DNA from: Octopus sinensis
Lineage: Eukaryota
Assembly (NCBI RefSeq): GCF_006345805.1
Contig: NC_043012.1
Span: 40,362,001-40,426,000 of the forward strand
Direction of reading: 5' to 3'
Length of the DNA stretch: 64,000 bases
Positions 13,546-26,430 of this stretch are shown in pieces. Each line of letters begins with the position of its first letter. The stretch's first letter is position 1. The notes under the pieces were generated by a model. It was not told the origin of the DNA, did no database searches, and was given only the letters and a program-made list of their open reading frames with translations. The translations under genes and the position numbers were made by a program.

Positions 13546-14130
13546 GTAGTTAACTTATAGTTATAATTAACATTTAGTTAACAAGCGGATATAATAAACA
13601 TGTTAACACAAAGTAATATTAAACATGTTAACTTATAGTTATAATTAACAATTAGTTAACAAGTGGTTATAATAAACATGCTAGTTAATGTAATTACAAA
13701 GATGTTAGTAAACATGGCAGTTAACATTTGGTTAACATGAAATAATCTTTTCTACTGTTGGCACAAGGCCTGAAATTTGGGGGAAGGGATTAAGTTGATT
13801 ACATCGACCCCAGTATATAACTGGTACCTATTTAATCGACCCTGAAAGGAGGAAAGGCAAAGTCGACCTCGGCGGAATTTGAACTCAGAACATAAAGACG
13901 GACAAAATACAGGTAAGCATTTCACCAGGTGTGTTAACGATTCTGCCAGCTTTCCACCTTCGTTAACATGAAATAATAAATGTGTGAGTTAATACATGGT
14001 TATGATATATTAAATAACATGGTAGTAATGACGGCAATGTTAGCTAACATGTAGTTAGAAATATACATGTTACTTAACATGTAGTTGACATGTAGTTAAC
14101 ATGTAGTTAACATGTAGTTAACATGTAGTT
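13546..14130. repeat. GTTAAC/ACATGT-rich region: ~80-bp direct repeat plus five copies of the 11-mer TT(A/G)ACATGTAG (14074-14128)
   Basis: Read directly from the sequence; interrupted by a family B SINE. Confidence 0.8.
13745..13960 (-). mobile_element. SINE family B
   Basis: Full length. Confidence 0.88.
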
Positions 14131-14357
14131 GGAATAAACATGTCAGTTAAGATTTTGTTTTGATTTTAGTGCCAATAACAAATAATTGTCGTCTATAATT
14201 GATGTCATAACAACAGATGTAGGGGGAGGGAGGGGGGAGAGGAGGGAGAAAAAATTCAAGAGACAAAAGGAGAAAGGGAGGGAGTGGCACATGTATCTAC
14301 TATTTCTGTTGGAATGGTATTTGATAAAGGCCACTCACTGCATTGCTGTTATGTAAT

Positions 14358-14398
<41 letters not shown>

Positions 14399-14479
14399 AC
14401 CTTAGCCAGACTGAGGCAAAAGTACTGGATAGCATGTGAAACTAAACAAAGAGACGCTACACCCTGACAAAATTGTGTG

Positions 14480-15710
14480 TATGTGTGTGTGTGTGTGGTG
14501 TGTGTGGGTGTGTACGTAGGAAAAAAGCAACAAAACAGAACATGTTATAAAGCTAATATATACGTGTGTGTGTGTGTATGCATGTGTGCACATATGTGTG
14601 TGTGTGTGTTTGTGAGTGTGCATGAGTGTGTGTGTGTGTGTATATGCATGTGTCTGTGTGTGTATATGTGTGTGTCTGTGCGTGTGTATGTGTGGGTCCA
14701 TATGAAAGAAAAAAAATGTAATGATATTTTTTGCTGTTTCTCTTGTTTCAGTCATTAGACTGTGGCCATGCTGGGGCACCACCTTGAAGGGGTTTTAGTC
14801 AAAGAAATCGAAAGCCTGCTACTTATTTTGTTGGTGTCTTTTGTTGAACAGTTAAGTTACAGGGACAGAAACAAACTGAGGCTGGCTGTCAAGCAGTGAA
14901 GGAGCAAAAAACATAAACACACACACACACATATTATACATATAGACATTATTGAGAGGCTGTGTGGTAAGTAGCTTGCTTACCAACCACATGGTTCTGG
15001 GTTCAGTCCCACAGCATGACACATTGGGCAAGTGTCTTTTACTATAGCCACGGGCCGAACAAAGCCTTGCGAGTGGATTTGGCAGACGGAAACTGAAAGA
15101 AGCCTATTGTGTATATATATATATGTTTGTGTGTGTGTGTGTGTGTATTATTGTGTGTCGGTGTTTGTCCCCCCCAACATTGCTTGACAACCAATGCTGG
15201 TGTGCCTACGTTCCCGTAACCTAGCGGTTTGGCAAAAGAGACCAATAGAATAAGTACTAGGCTTGCAAAGAATAGGTCCTGGGGTTGATTTGCTCGACTA
15301 ACGGTGGTGCTCCAGCATGGCCACAGTCAAAAGAATAAAAGAAAAATATATATATACACACACATACATAATGGGCTTCTTTCAGATTCCGTCTACCAAA
15401 TCCACTCACAAGGCTTTGGTCAGCCCAGGGCTAAAGTAGAAGACACTTGCCCAAGACGACATGCATAGGGACTGAACTCAGAATCATGTGGTTGGGAAGC
15501 AAGCTTCTTACCACACAACCATACGTGCATTTATGTGTGTGCGAATACGTGTGTGTGTGTGTGAGAGAGGGGGAGAGAGAATGTGTGTACATATAAAAAT
15601 AACAACGTAACATATGTGGATTATGTGTGTGTGTGTGTGTTGTGTGTGTGTGTGTGTGTACGTAGGAAAAAAGCAACAAAACAGAACATGTTATAAAGCT
15701 AATATATACG

Positions 15711-15741
<31 letters not shown>

Positions 15742-16826
15742 TGTGTGTATGCATGTGTGCACATATGTGTGTGTGTGTGTGTGTTGTGAGTGTGCATGAG
15801 TGTGTGTGTGTGTGTTGTGTGTGTGTGTGTATATGCATGTGTCTGTGTGTGTATATGTGTGTGTCTGTGCGTGTGTATGTGTGTGTGTGTGTGGGTCCAT
15901 ATGAAAGAAAAAAAATGTAATGATATTTTTTGCTGTTTCTCTTGTTTCAGTCATTAGACTGTGGCCATGCTGGGGCACCACCTTGAAGGGGTTTTAGTCA
16001 AAGAAATCGAAAGCCTGCTACTTATTTTGTTGGTGTCTTTTGTTGAACAGTTAAGTTACAGGGACAGAAACAAACTGAGGCTGGCTGTCAAGCAGTGAAG
16101 GAGCAAAAAACATAAACACACACACACACACACATATTATACATATAGACATTATTGAGAGGCTGTGTGGTAAGTAGCTTGCTTACCAACCACATGGTTC
16201 TGGGTTCAGTCCCACAGCATGACACATTGGGCAAGTGTCTTTTACTATAGCCACGGGCCGAACAAAGCCTTGCGAGTGGATTTGGCAGACGGAAACTGAA
16301 AGAAGCCTATTGTGTATATATATATATGTTTGTGTGTGTGTGTGTGTATTATTGTGTGTCGGTGTTTGTCCCCCCCAACATTGCTTGACAACCAATGCTG
16401 GTGTGCCTACGTTCCCGTAACCTAGCGGTTTGGCAAAAGAGACCAATAGAATAAGTACTAGGCTTGCAAAGAATAGGTCCTGGGGTTGATTTGCTCGACT
16501 AACGGTGGTGCTCCAGCATGGCCACAGTCAAAAGAATAAAAGAAAAATATATATATATATACACACACATACATAATGGGCTTCTTTCAGATTCCGTCTA
16601 CCAAATCCACTCACAAGGCTTTGGTCAGCCCAGGGCTAAAGTAGAAGACACTTGCCCAAGACGACATGCATAGGGACTGAACTCAGAATCATGTGGTTGG
16701 GAAGCAAGCTTCTTACCACACAGCCATACGTGCATTTATGTGTGTGCGAATACGTGTGTGTGTGTGTGAGAGAGGGGGAGAGAGAATGTGTGTACATATA
16801 AAAATAACAACGTAACATATGTGGAT

Positions 16827-16830
<4 letters not shown>
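14480..16830. repeat. Near-identical tandem duplication, units ~14480-15625 and ~15626-16830
   Basis: Every non-microsatellite block is repeated (tacgtaggaaaaaagcaac at 14513 and 15659; ggattatg ending at 15625 and 16830). Junctions lie in (GT)n. Confidence 0.95.
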
Positions 16831-16871
<41 letters not shown>

Positions 16872-17172
16872 AGATGTGTGTTTGTGTTATTCTGATGTAA
16901 TACTTATTAACCCTACAGAACCTAAATTATAATTAAGCAAGAGAGACAATTATTAGTAAATCTAAAATTAATTGGCCAGTTAATTGCTCAGACACAATAA
17001 TAGTCATCTTAATTGTAAAGCATTCCTAGAAATTGGTGTCCAACATGGAACAATGAAATGCCCAGGGGTGGAACTGAACACTCTGTTCATCATCACAACA
17101 GCAACAACAACAATAATGACAATAATAATAATAATAATAATAATAATATAATAATAATAATAATAATAATAA

Positions 17173-17387
17173 TGGTTTTAAATTTTGGCACAAGGCCAGC
17201 AGCTTTGGTGGAAGGGGTAAGTCATTTACAATGACCCCAGTGTTCAACTGGTGCATATTTTATCAACCTCAAAAGGATGAGAGGCAAAGTCGAGCCGGGC
17301 AGAATTTGAACTCAGAATGTAAGATTGGAGGAATTGCTGGTTAGCATTTTGACTGGCGCAGTAACAATTTTGCCAGCTCACAGCCAT
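17173..17387 (-). mobile_element. SINE family B, flanked by (TAA)n on both sides
   Basis: Full length; its head abuts the (ATT)n tail of the Tx1 fragment. Confidence 0.85.
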
Positions 17388-17400
17388 AATAATAATAATG

Positions 17401-17825
17401 ATTTCTTTATTAAACACAAAGGGTTTACATAAAAAAAAAATTATGGACAAGACAGGACCGATACAATTTGGGGTTACATGAAAGTTGTGCAAACAATGAA
17501 AAACAAAAATAATAATCAAATATAACAATAAAATTCCTCAAAAGAGGGAAGCCTCCTCGGACTGCTCGTGGAAACCCCACCAATCCACAACAGTCCTGAC
17601 CACCAGGGTAAGTGCCCTTTCCTCCATACTTAGAGTAGACCCATTCACTCTGGCCATTCTTGTAACATTCACCCACCTTTCAACAAAATTGCTTTGGGGC
17701 AGGGGACAGAACTTCCCTCTCCAACCTTATTTTCCATTTCAAGTGAAACTTGAAAAAGCTGAAGAGGGCTTAGCCAAAGGGGAAAGAATCTGCCTTCAGG
17801 CCTTTCAATCTGGTCGACCAATACG
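17401..17825 (-). mobile_element. 5'-truncated Tx1/L1-clade LINE 3' end (ORF2 C-terminus plus 3' UTR)
   Basis: Minus strand WSTRLKGLKADSFPFG*ALFSFFKFHLKWKIRLEREVLS, then a frameshift, then FVERWVNVTRMARVNGSTLSM. T-rich UTR ends AATAAAGAAATC(ATT)n. Confidence 0.6.
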
Positions 17826-17848
17826 TAATGGATATAAGCAGTACTTAC

Positions 17849-17891
17849 TTCATCTGTTTTACAATTGTACTCTTTCCAGATTCACCAGCAC
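17849..17891 (-). CDS. GNAI: G-protein alpha subunit, 43-nt exon 2 encoding the P-loop (G1 box)
   Basis: Minus strand reads ttttattttctgcag|GT GCT GGT GAA TCT GGA AAG AGT ACA ATT GTA AAA CAG ATG AA|gtaagt = (G)AGESGKSTIVKQM(K). It splices in frame to 2924 (AA|A = Lys). Confidence 0.96.
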
Positions 17892-18231
17892 CTGCAGAAA
17901 ATAAAATTAAAATCAAAATGAAGACTTAATTTCAACAAAGGCATTATTGTTAAATTATCATGATTCTGCATGGCATTTAACCGAGAGGAGACAATTATAC
18001 AACTGCTGAGGTAAAAGCTGAAAACCATCAACTAAAGTATAAAGTAATTTTTGGTTGTGTGGCTTATTTAGAGGCACGGGGCATATTCTTTCTTCTCTGA
18101 GTTGACTTCGATAGTGTGTGTGTTTGCAAGTGTTTCGGAGGGAGAGAGAGAGAGAGAGATTGTGTGTGTGTGAAAATGAAAAAGAGCATGTGCTTGTGTT
18201 CAAAAGAAAGAAACAAAATAAAAGTAAATAA

Positions 18232-18273
18232 TTCGAGACAGGTTTCAGTTTTACTCTGACCTCATCAGTAAAG
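18232..18273 (-). ncRNA. Decayed hammerhead-like motif (copy 1 of a ~100-bp direct repeat)
   Basis: Minus strand cuuua-CUGAUGA-ggucagaguaaaacu-GAA-ACCUGU-C-ucgaa. Core and GUC triplet present; stems weak. Confidence 0.4.
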
Positions 18274-18581
18274 CACAACCGTCATCACATTTGTAAAAAT
18301 AATGACAATAAAATCATTAATCCATTGGTTGTGGAAAGCAGATATATCCCCTTATAATTTCATTACTCTTGACTGTAGAAAGCAGTTTTATACACCAATT
18401 TATCTTTGGTTTGAGGAATGTCATGTTTGAAACTATTTTCTGCTGAGGTATGTCAATGTTTATTGAGACAACATGTCTTGTAGAAAATACCAATTCTATT
18501 CTTTGAGAGACATTTAACATCATTACTGGAATAACCATGAAATTCAATTTTGCAGTGAAAGGGTTAAATAAATGCATATAA

Positions 18582-18623
18582 TTCCAGATGGGTTTCAGTT
18601 TTATGCTGACCTCATCAGTAATG
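18582..18623 (-). ncRNA. Decayed hammerhead-like motif (copy 2, 350 bp from copy 1)
   Basis: Minus strand cauua-CUGAUGA-ggucagcauaaaacu-GAA-ACCCAU-C-uggaa. Confidence 0.35.
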
Positions 18624-19373
18624 CATACCCTTTATCATATTGCCAAAATAATGATGGTAGAATCATTAAATAAATATACAAGATTTATATTTGGTTGGAA
18701 TAGCTATAAACAGATGTGTATGGAGACGAAACTATTCACAGACAGACACTTCAGTCTACATGGCTGAACAAAACCAAATCATTCAATTGCCATTGTTTGC
18801 GGTTAGCAGTCGCAAGAGGCATCCAGCTGTAAAAATAATTCTTCCTTCCCATAAAGTATCTAAGCTTCATTGCAAGAAGGAAGAAATGACTGCAAAAAAC
18901 AGAAAATTCACTAATCTTTTTTCTCTTTTTCAATTTGCCTTTCAACTCTTTTTTTTTTTTTTAAGATAAACTAGGAATATTTTTTCTCTGCTTTGCCTAA
19001 CACAGATGAAAGGGATTGAATAAACAAGAGAAGAAATCTTTTTTTTTTCAATGAAAAATGGATAAAAACAGGCATTTTATATCACCATCATCATCATCAT
19101 CCTTATTTTCCTCCCACACCACATCATGCATATAAAAATAACCATGTATGCACAAGTATGTAGTTATCTGTATGCATGTATGTATATACGTATGTATGTG
19201 TATATATATATATATACTATATATCTACATGTGTAAATTTATATGTGTGTGCTTATGCATATATAAATATAAACTAGAAGGAAAATTCATCAAAGATACA
19301 GAGTCAAGATAGCAACACATTTATAACACCATTAGTTATGTTAATATATAACACAGAATGACTGAAATGAATG

Positions 19374-19422
<49 letters not shown>

Positions 19423-19724
19423 CTATGTATATTTAAAAATGTAATTTGCTTGTGCTTAAAGCATTGCAATATGTGTAATTGATATATATATATATGAGAG
19501 TGTGCGTGTATGTATATAATAATAATGAAATTATGTATATATATATATATCATCATCATCGTTTAACGTCCGTTCTCCATGCTGGCATGGGTTGGACGGT
19601 TCGACCGGGGATCTGGGAAGCCAGAAGGCTGCACCAGGCTCTGGTCTTATCTGGCAATGTTTCTACAGCTGGATGCCCTTCCTAACGCCATATATATATA
19701 TATATATATATATAGTCTTTTTTA

Positions 19725-20121
19725 TTATTTTACTTGTTTCAGTCATTTGACTGCGACCATGCTGGAGCACCACCTTTAGTCGAGCAAATCGACCCCAGGA
19801 CTTATTCTTTGGAAGCCTTAGTACTTATTCTATTGGTCTCTTTTGCCAAACAGCTAAGTTATGGGGACGTAAACACACCAACATTGGATGTCAAGCAATG
19901 GTGGTGGTGGGAGACGAACATAGACATACAAACATACACACACACACACACACACATATACGGGCTTCTTTCAGTTTCCACCCACCAAATCCACTCACAA
20001 GGATTTGGTTGGCCCGAGGCTATAGTAGAAGACACTTGCCCAAGGTGCCACGCAGTGGGACTGAACCCAGAACCATGTGGTTGGGAAGCAAGCTTCTTAC
20101 CACACAGCCACTCTTATGCCT
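19725..20121 (-). mobile_element. SINE family A
   Basis: Full-length, low-divergence copy. Confidence 0.9.
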
Positions 20122-21194
20122 ATATATATATATACATTCGTCTGGTGACATCCATACACACATGTATGCATAATGTTATATTTCAAAAGTAGGACATTTT
20201 TACAAATAAAGAAAGAAAATATTTTGTTTTTTTAAGATGACAAGTTTTGATATAATCTGATTGTGACAGCACCAGGGTATATAAAATCAGTTATCTTATA
20301 TACACCTTTTCTATATAATAAAGTTATTGTTAGCATTTTGTGTTCAATTTATCTCCACATCGCCACTACAAACACAGAATAATCTCCAAGATGTGTGTGT
20401 GTATGCATGTATGTATACATGTGTGTGTGTGAATATGTATATATGTGTATGTGTGAATATGTATATATACATATTCTTTTGTGAGTCATTTTATTCAAGG
20501 CATTTCACACACATATATCTATATACATATATTCATACACATATATCTATACATTCATATATCTACATGTACACATGCATGCATACACAAACACACATGC
20601 ACACATATAGAAAAATCTGACTTCAACTTGCTTATCTATACACACATGTATATATATCTGTAGATGTAAAGGATCTCATGAAAGCTGGGTTAATGGGGCA
20701 TTTCTACAAATATAGGGTCCTAACACACCCAAAGGAAATTGGGAGGAATTCCAGCTGACTGGAAGCAAGGCTAGCAGAGTGGGAGGGGTGGGGACTGTGT
20801 GTACAGACATTGCTTGACTTCTCAAAGAAACCTTGGAAATGGCATTCTGTTTAATGAGAGCAAGTATTTGCTGAAATGGTAGAATGCCAGACAAAATAAC
20901 CATTGGGTAAATCAATGGTAGAGCCTTTATATGGTCACTTGGTCTGCTAGAAGTAGCAACCAAATCCATCCCAAATCATATCCTACTGTTGCATAAGACA
21001 AAGGACACACTGGATTGAAAGAGTTGTAGAAATGCCTGAAAATAAGAAGGAATGGTTATAAATGGAAGGTCTTCTGTTCATAGATCTCTTTGATCAGAGC
21101 TGACCGAAAGTTGTAAGTCACAACAGCAAAGTCTTGGAGACAGAGAGGCGATGGTTATGGTATGGAACAATTTTATGTAAGAATTTCTATAAAG

Positions 21195-21560
21195 GATAGG
21201 CTTGGGTGTGGGACTAAGAAATTTGCTTTGCAACCCACCTCATTCTAGGTTCAACCCCATTGCATGGCACATTGAGAAAGTGTCCTCTACTAAAGCCCTG
21301 GGCCACCCAATCCTCTGTGAGTGAATTAGATAGATAGAAACTGAAAGAAGCTCATTATGTGAACATGGTGTGTGTGTTTGTCCCTCTCCACTGATTAGCA
21401 ATCAGTGTTGGTTTGTTTACATCCCATAAGTAAGTGGCATTGCAAAAAGAGACAGAATAAGTGATAGGTTAAAATGTACTGGGGTTGATTCGTTTGACTA
21501 AAACCCTTTAGGGTGGTGCCCCAGCATGGCCACAGTCTAATGACTGAAACAAGTAAAAGA
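21195..21560 (+). mobile_element. SINE family A (diverged)
   Basis: ggttcaacccc B box and gactgaaacaagtaaaaga tail. Confidence 0.75.
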
Positions 21561-22203
21561 TGGAGGTTAGCATAAGGCCTGAGAACTGTGTCACAGAATT
21601 GGTGACAACCGGAAGGAACACAGTAGGGGGTTTCACATGGGTTTGTGTGGAAGTGGCAGGAGTATATAACTAGGTGGGTCCAAGGAACAGGAAATGTTGT
21701 AGGATTGGTAGACGAGGGAGGAGTCAGGGCTTTCCTGGGCAAGGGGGCCCTGAAGTGTAGTATGTAGCTACTTAACTTTGAAGAACAGGGAGCTGTTGTA
21801 ACAGTGGCACAAAGGGTACAATGATGTGACTGGGGGACGGTAACAAGAAGGGCATCTGGTCCTCCCTGTTGGCAATCCTTTAAGTCCCCTTTTATAACAG
21901 ATTCAGAGACATGTGTTACCAATTGCAAAACCTGATACACACAATGAGAAGGAAATTGTGCTAGCACCCCAGTTAATATAGTAATTGAGCTTTAAAATAG
22001 ACAGGGTGGTCACGGTTGGGATGTCAAAGATCTACCTAATCTTGGAATGGTGATGGTAACTGATCTGGGAATAAACAAGAGATGCTTAATCTTTCTCATG
22101 CACACACACACACACACACACACTGTCAATACACATACATAATATCATAGACACACCCATCTGGCAATCTGGTAATATACTCCCTATTTTAAAATACTCC
22201 TTA

Positions 22204-22412
22204 CTCTTTTATTTGTTTCAGTCATTTGACTGCGGCCATGCTGGAGCACCACATTTACTTGAATAAATCAAACCCAGGACTTACTCTCTGTAAGTCTAGT
22301 ACTTATTCTATCAGTCTCTTTTTGCCGAACTGCAAAGTGAGAGGGACGTAAACACACCAACATCGGTTGTCAAGCGATGGTGGAGGGGACAAACACAAAC
22401 ATACATACATAT

Positions 22413-22446
<34 letters not shown>

Positions 22447-22580
22447 GACGGGCTTCTTTCAGTTTCCATCTACCAAATCTACTCAAAAGGATTTGGTCAG
22501 CCCAAGGTGCCACGCAGTGGGACTGAACCCAGAACCATGTGTTGGGAAGCAAGCTTCAACCACACAGCCACTCCTGCGCC
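22204..22580 (-). mobile_element. SINE family A
   Basis: Full length with a small internal deletion. Confidence 0.88.
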
Positions 22581-23576
22581 TTTATTAATTATGACTTTTC
22601 TTTCTCAAAATCTGTCCGGTTTGTTTCCTCTCATATCCGTTTTTTTGGTAAAAATTACAATAAATAATTTATGAGTATTTTTACAAAAAAATATTTAATA
22701 TGAGAGGAAAGGTTTTGGTCTGAGGTTGTATTTATTCTTCAAAAAACGAACCCGAGAAATTTGAGAAAAAGAATTGCAATTAATAAATAATTTATAAGTA
22801 TTTTAAAATATGGAGTTACTTTTCAATCACCCAGCGACACGTACTAAAACTTAATAACAAAAAACGCATGCATACATCAATATATGCTGTCACACACACA
22901 CACACACATACACACAGCCTACATACATGCAACAAACACACACAGGCATACGACCACCACCGTTACCACCACACACACACACACCACACACACCCCAATC
23001 TTCTTCCAACCACACCCTACTGTGTTCAGAAGAAGACCACATTGGGCAATATCTTATCTTGATAGACATGGTTGGAAGGTCTTTGATTCTAGGTCTGCTG
23101 GATCAGAGCTGACCTGTGGTTAAACAACAACACATATACACACTCACACAGTAACACAGACACACTCACACACCCAGCCACTCACTACTAACATACACAG
23201 ATAATTAGGAAGCCCTTTCATGCTCCTTCAACCAGCTAGAAATAACAACCAAATCTACCTCACATTACACCCTATTGAGTTGAATGATTTATGGAAAAAT
23301 CTAATCACTGATTTGCAGGAAGACAGGCTGGTCGTGTTTGGAATGTCTTTGATCATAGATTTGTTGAATCAGAATTGACCATGGGTTAAATCACACCCAA
23401 AGCACCAACCTACATACCCAAACACACTAAGGCAGTAACACACACACACCACATGTTTACTATCTGTCTGTTTGTCTACACCTATAATATACAGTCTGTC
23501 TGTCTGTCTCTCTTTCTCTAAACACCCACATATTACGTCCTTTGGCTGTTCATCTCTCCCTCCTTCTCTCTTTCAT

Positions 23577-23607
<31 letters not shown>

Positions 23608-23892
23608 TATATTAAATTAGAGATAAAACCACTATTAGGCAAATCAAACAGTGAAAAACATAAACCAATACATGAAATTAATTTAAAAATATAAAAGTTG
23701 AAAATAAAAAATTATTTAAATAATTTAAACTTATAAATTTTATATATATATATACACAAATATATATATATATATATGTATGTATGTATATTTTTATATT
23801 TATATATTATTTTATTTATCAATTAATTAATTCATTAATTTATTTTTTATATATCAAAAATATTAAAAGTTTAATAAAAGATAAAGAGTAAA

Positions 23893-23915
23893 ACACATAT
23901 AGAGGGAGAAAGATA

Positions 23916-23946
<31 letters not shown>

Positions 23947-24073
23947 CACCACCCACCCACATGTATATATATATGTATGTATATATATATATACATGTAT
24001 ATATATATACACATGTATGTCTAAACACATGTATATATATATGTATGTATTATCTTTCTCCCTCTATATGTGT
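23893..24073. repeat. Perfect 34-bp inverted repeat with a 113-nt spacer
   Basis: acacatatagagggagaaagataatacatacata (23893-23926) and its exact reverse complement at 24040-24073. Confidence 0.92.
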
Positions 24074-24782
24074 GTGTGTGTGAGTGCATATATATATATA
24101 TACACACCCACCCACATACATGTATATATATATGGTATTATTTATAGATTTATGCACATCAGGTTCACTTTTCACAAAAAAAGAGAGATTTCATGATTTC
24201 TCAAAAGTTTACAAAGTCCTATGACGTCAACACCATTCAAACGGACAGACAGACAGACAGACACACGCATTCATACATCATTTTATTTGTATTTCACTAG
24301 TTGCTCCTAAATAATATCCTCAGCCTGCACCTCCCCTTAACTCTCTCTCTCTCTCTCTCTCTCTATGTATACAAACACACTCACTCACGCCCTCCTTTTC
24401 TCTCGCCACTCTCTCACTTTCACTCACTCTCTCTCCTAGCTCTACCCGTCCCCACCCTCCGTCAGACCACCACAGTGACAGAACTATGTCAACACTTTGA
24501 CCTCAATTCATATTCCTATTCCACCAATTTAAGAAAGGAAGAAAGGTTGTGATGTTGGCGGGAGGGGGCGGGTCTGTAGATTTTGGGGGAGATTATGAAT
24601 TCTTCCTACACCCCTCTCCCTTTTGCTTTCACTGTGCAAAACCCACACCCCACCCCATCCTACCTTAGTAATTTGTGTGTTCTGAGATGACTTCTGCATA
24701 GACATACATACATATATATATACTATATATATATATATATATATATAGTATATATATATGTATGTGTATATATGTGTGTATA

Positions 24783-24846
<64 letters not shown>

Positions 24847-24868
24847 ATATATATCTTTCTTTCTATGG

Positions 24869-25249
24869 TTCTTTTATTGTTTCGGTCATTTAACACCAAT
24901 CATGCTGGAGCACAGCCTTTAGCCCAACAAACTGATCCAGGACTTATTCTTCATAAGCCCTGCACATATCCGATTGGATCTCTTTTGCTGAACTGCTAAG
25001 TTATGGGGATGTAAACACACCAACATCGGTTGTCAAGTTATGATGGAGGGGACAAACACAGACATATAAACATATACATATATATACATACGACAGGCTT
25101 CTTTCAGTTTCCGTCTACCCAAATCTACCCACAAGGCTTTAGTTGGGCCAAGGCCATAGTAGAAGACACTTGCCCAATATGCCACGCAGTGGGATTGAAC
25201 CCGAAACCATGTGATTGGGAAGCAAACCTCTTACCACACAGCCACACCT
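24869..25249 (-). mobile_element. SINE family A
   Basis: Matches the family consensus seen elsewhere in the window. Confidence 0.85.
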
Positions 25250-25481
25250 TCTCATACTCATGTATAGGTATATTACATCAGCACCAATGTTTGTATTCGT
25301 CCTCACTTGCCGTGTAAGCATTTTAATTTTGACCCGACCTGGTGTCTTATCCTTTTAGTGCCTCATTCATCTGAATCTCAATATATTCTATAGATATATA
25401 GGCATCCGGTGATACACTGAGAATGAACGACAGCTAGACTAACAAGCAGACACAGAGTTAAGCAAACAGACAGACATATAT

Positions 25482-25712
25482 ATTTCTTTACTACCCACAA
25501 GGCGTTAAACACAGAGAGGACAAACAAGGACAGACAAACGGATTAAGTCGTTTACATTGACCCAGTGCGTAACTGGTACTTAATTAATCGACCCCGAAAG
25601 GATGAAAGGCAAAGTCGATCTCGGTGGAATTTGAACTCAGAACGTAACGGCAGACGAAATACAGCTACGCATTTCGCCCGGCGTGCTAACGATTCTGCCA
25701 GCTCGCCGCCTT
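25482..25712 (-). mobile_element. SINE family B (tRNA head GGCGGCGAGCTGGCAGAA; Meta-domain-like core), near-pristine copy
   Basis: B box GAGTTCAAATTCC, core GACTTTGCCTTTCATCCTTTCGGGGTCGAT..AAGTACCAG, tail cttgtgggtagtaaagaaat. CpGs retained. Confidence 0.9.
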
Positions 25713-26430
25713 AACAGACAGACATATAGAGAGGTACACACATCTATGCATGCCTGTATGTATATATATCACACAGGAGCACCCTGTCAGTTACCACGAC
25801 GAGGGTCTCAGCTGATACGGTCAATGGAACAGCCTGCTCGTGAAGTTAACATGCAAGTGGCTGAGCACTCCACAGACATGCGTACCCTTAACGTAGTTTT
25901 CAGGGAGATTCAGCATGACACAGAGTGTCACAAGGCTGGCCCCTTTGAAATAGAGGTCCTATTCATTCCTGAGGTCAACTTTGCCTTTCATCTCTCCATG
26001 CCTCTGATGTTATCCAAGGGAAAAGGCAAAGGGGCCGATACAGCTGGACCAACGTGAAATAAAGTGTCTTGCTCAAGGACACAACTATGTGCCTGGGTCC
26101 GATTCCTTTTCAAATGCTGTGCACTCGAATCATGAAATGAAATAAAATTGTATTCAAAAGGGATGTTATTTATATAATCGTTCATAAACATAAATTGGTG
26201 AATGTATAAAATATTGTTTAACATTTATTTCTTTATCCAGTAAATGAAATGTAATTATGAAGACTATATTTAAGATTTCAGTTTGTAATTTATTTTATTT
26301 TTGTTTTATATGAATTCACTATTTTCTTTCTGCATCAAACTATATCTTGCGTTAACACACTAAAGCAGTACAGTTTAGTGTTTGAGAACCACCAGTGTGT
26401 GTGTGTGTGTCTGTGTGTGTTTGTGTGGTT

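Larger units (their letters stand above)
2925..17848 (-). other. Intron 2 of the G-alpha gene (14,924 bp, GT-AG)
   Basis: Bounded by the exon 2 donor (gtaagt) and the exon 3 acceptor (tttccag) on the minus strand. Confidence 0.9.

Noticed and set aside
21395-21967. 190-aa minus-strand ORF
   Set aside because: Half is antisense SINE A; the remainder has no recognisable motif.
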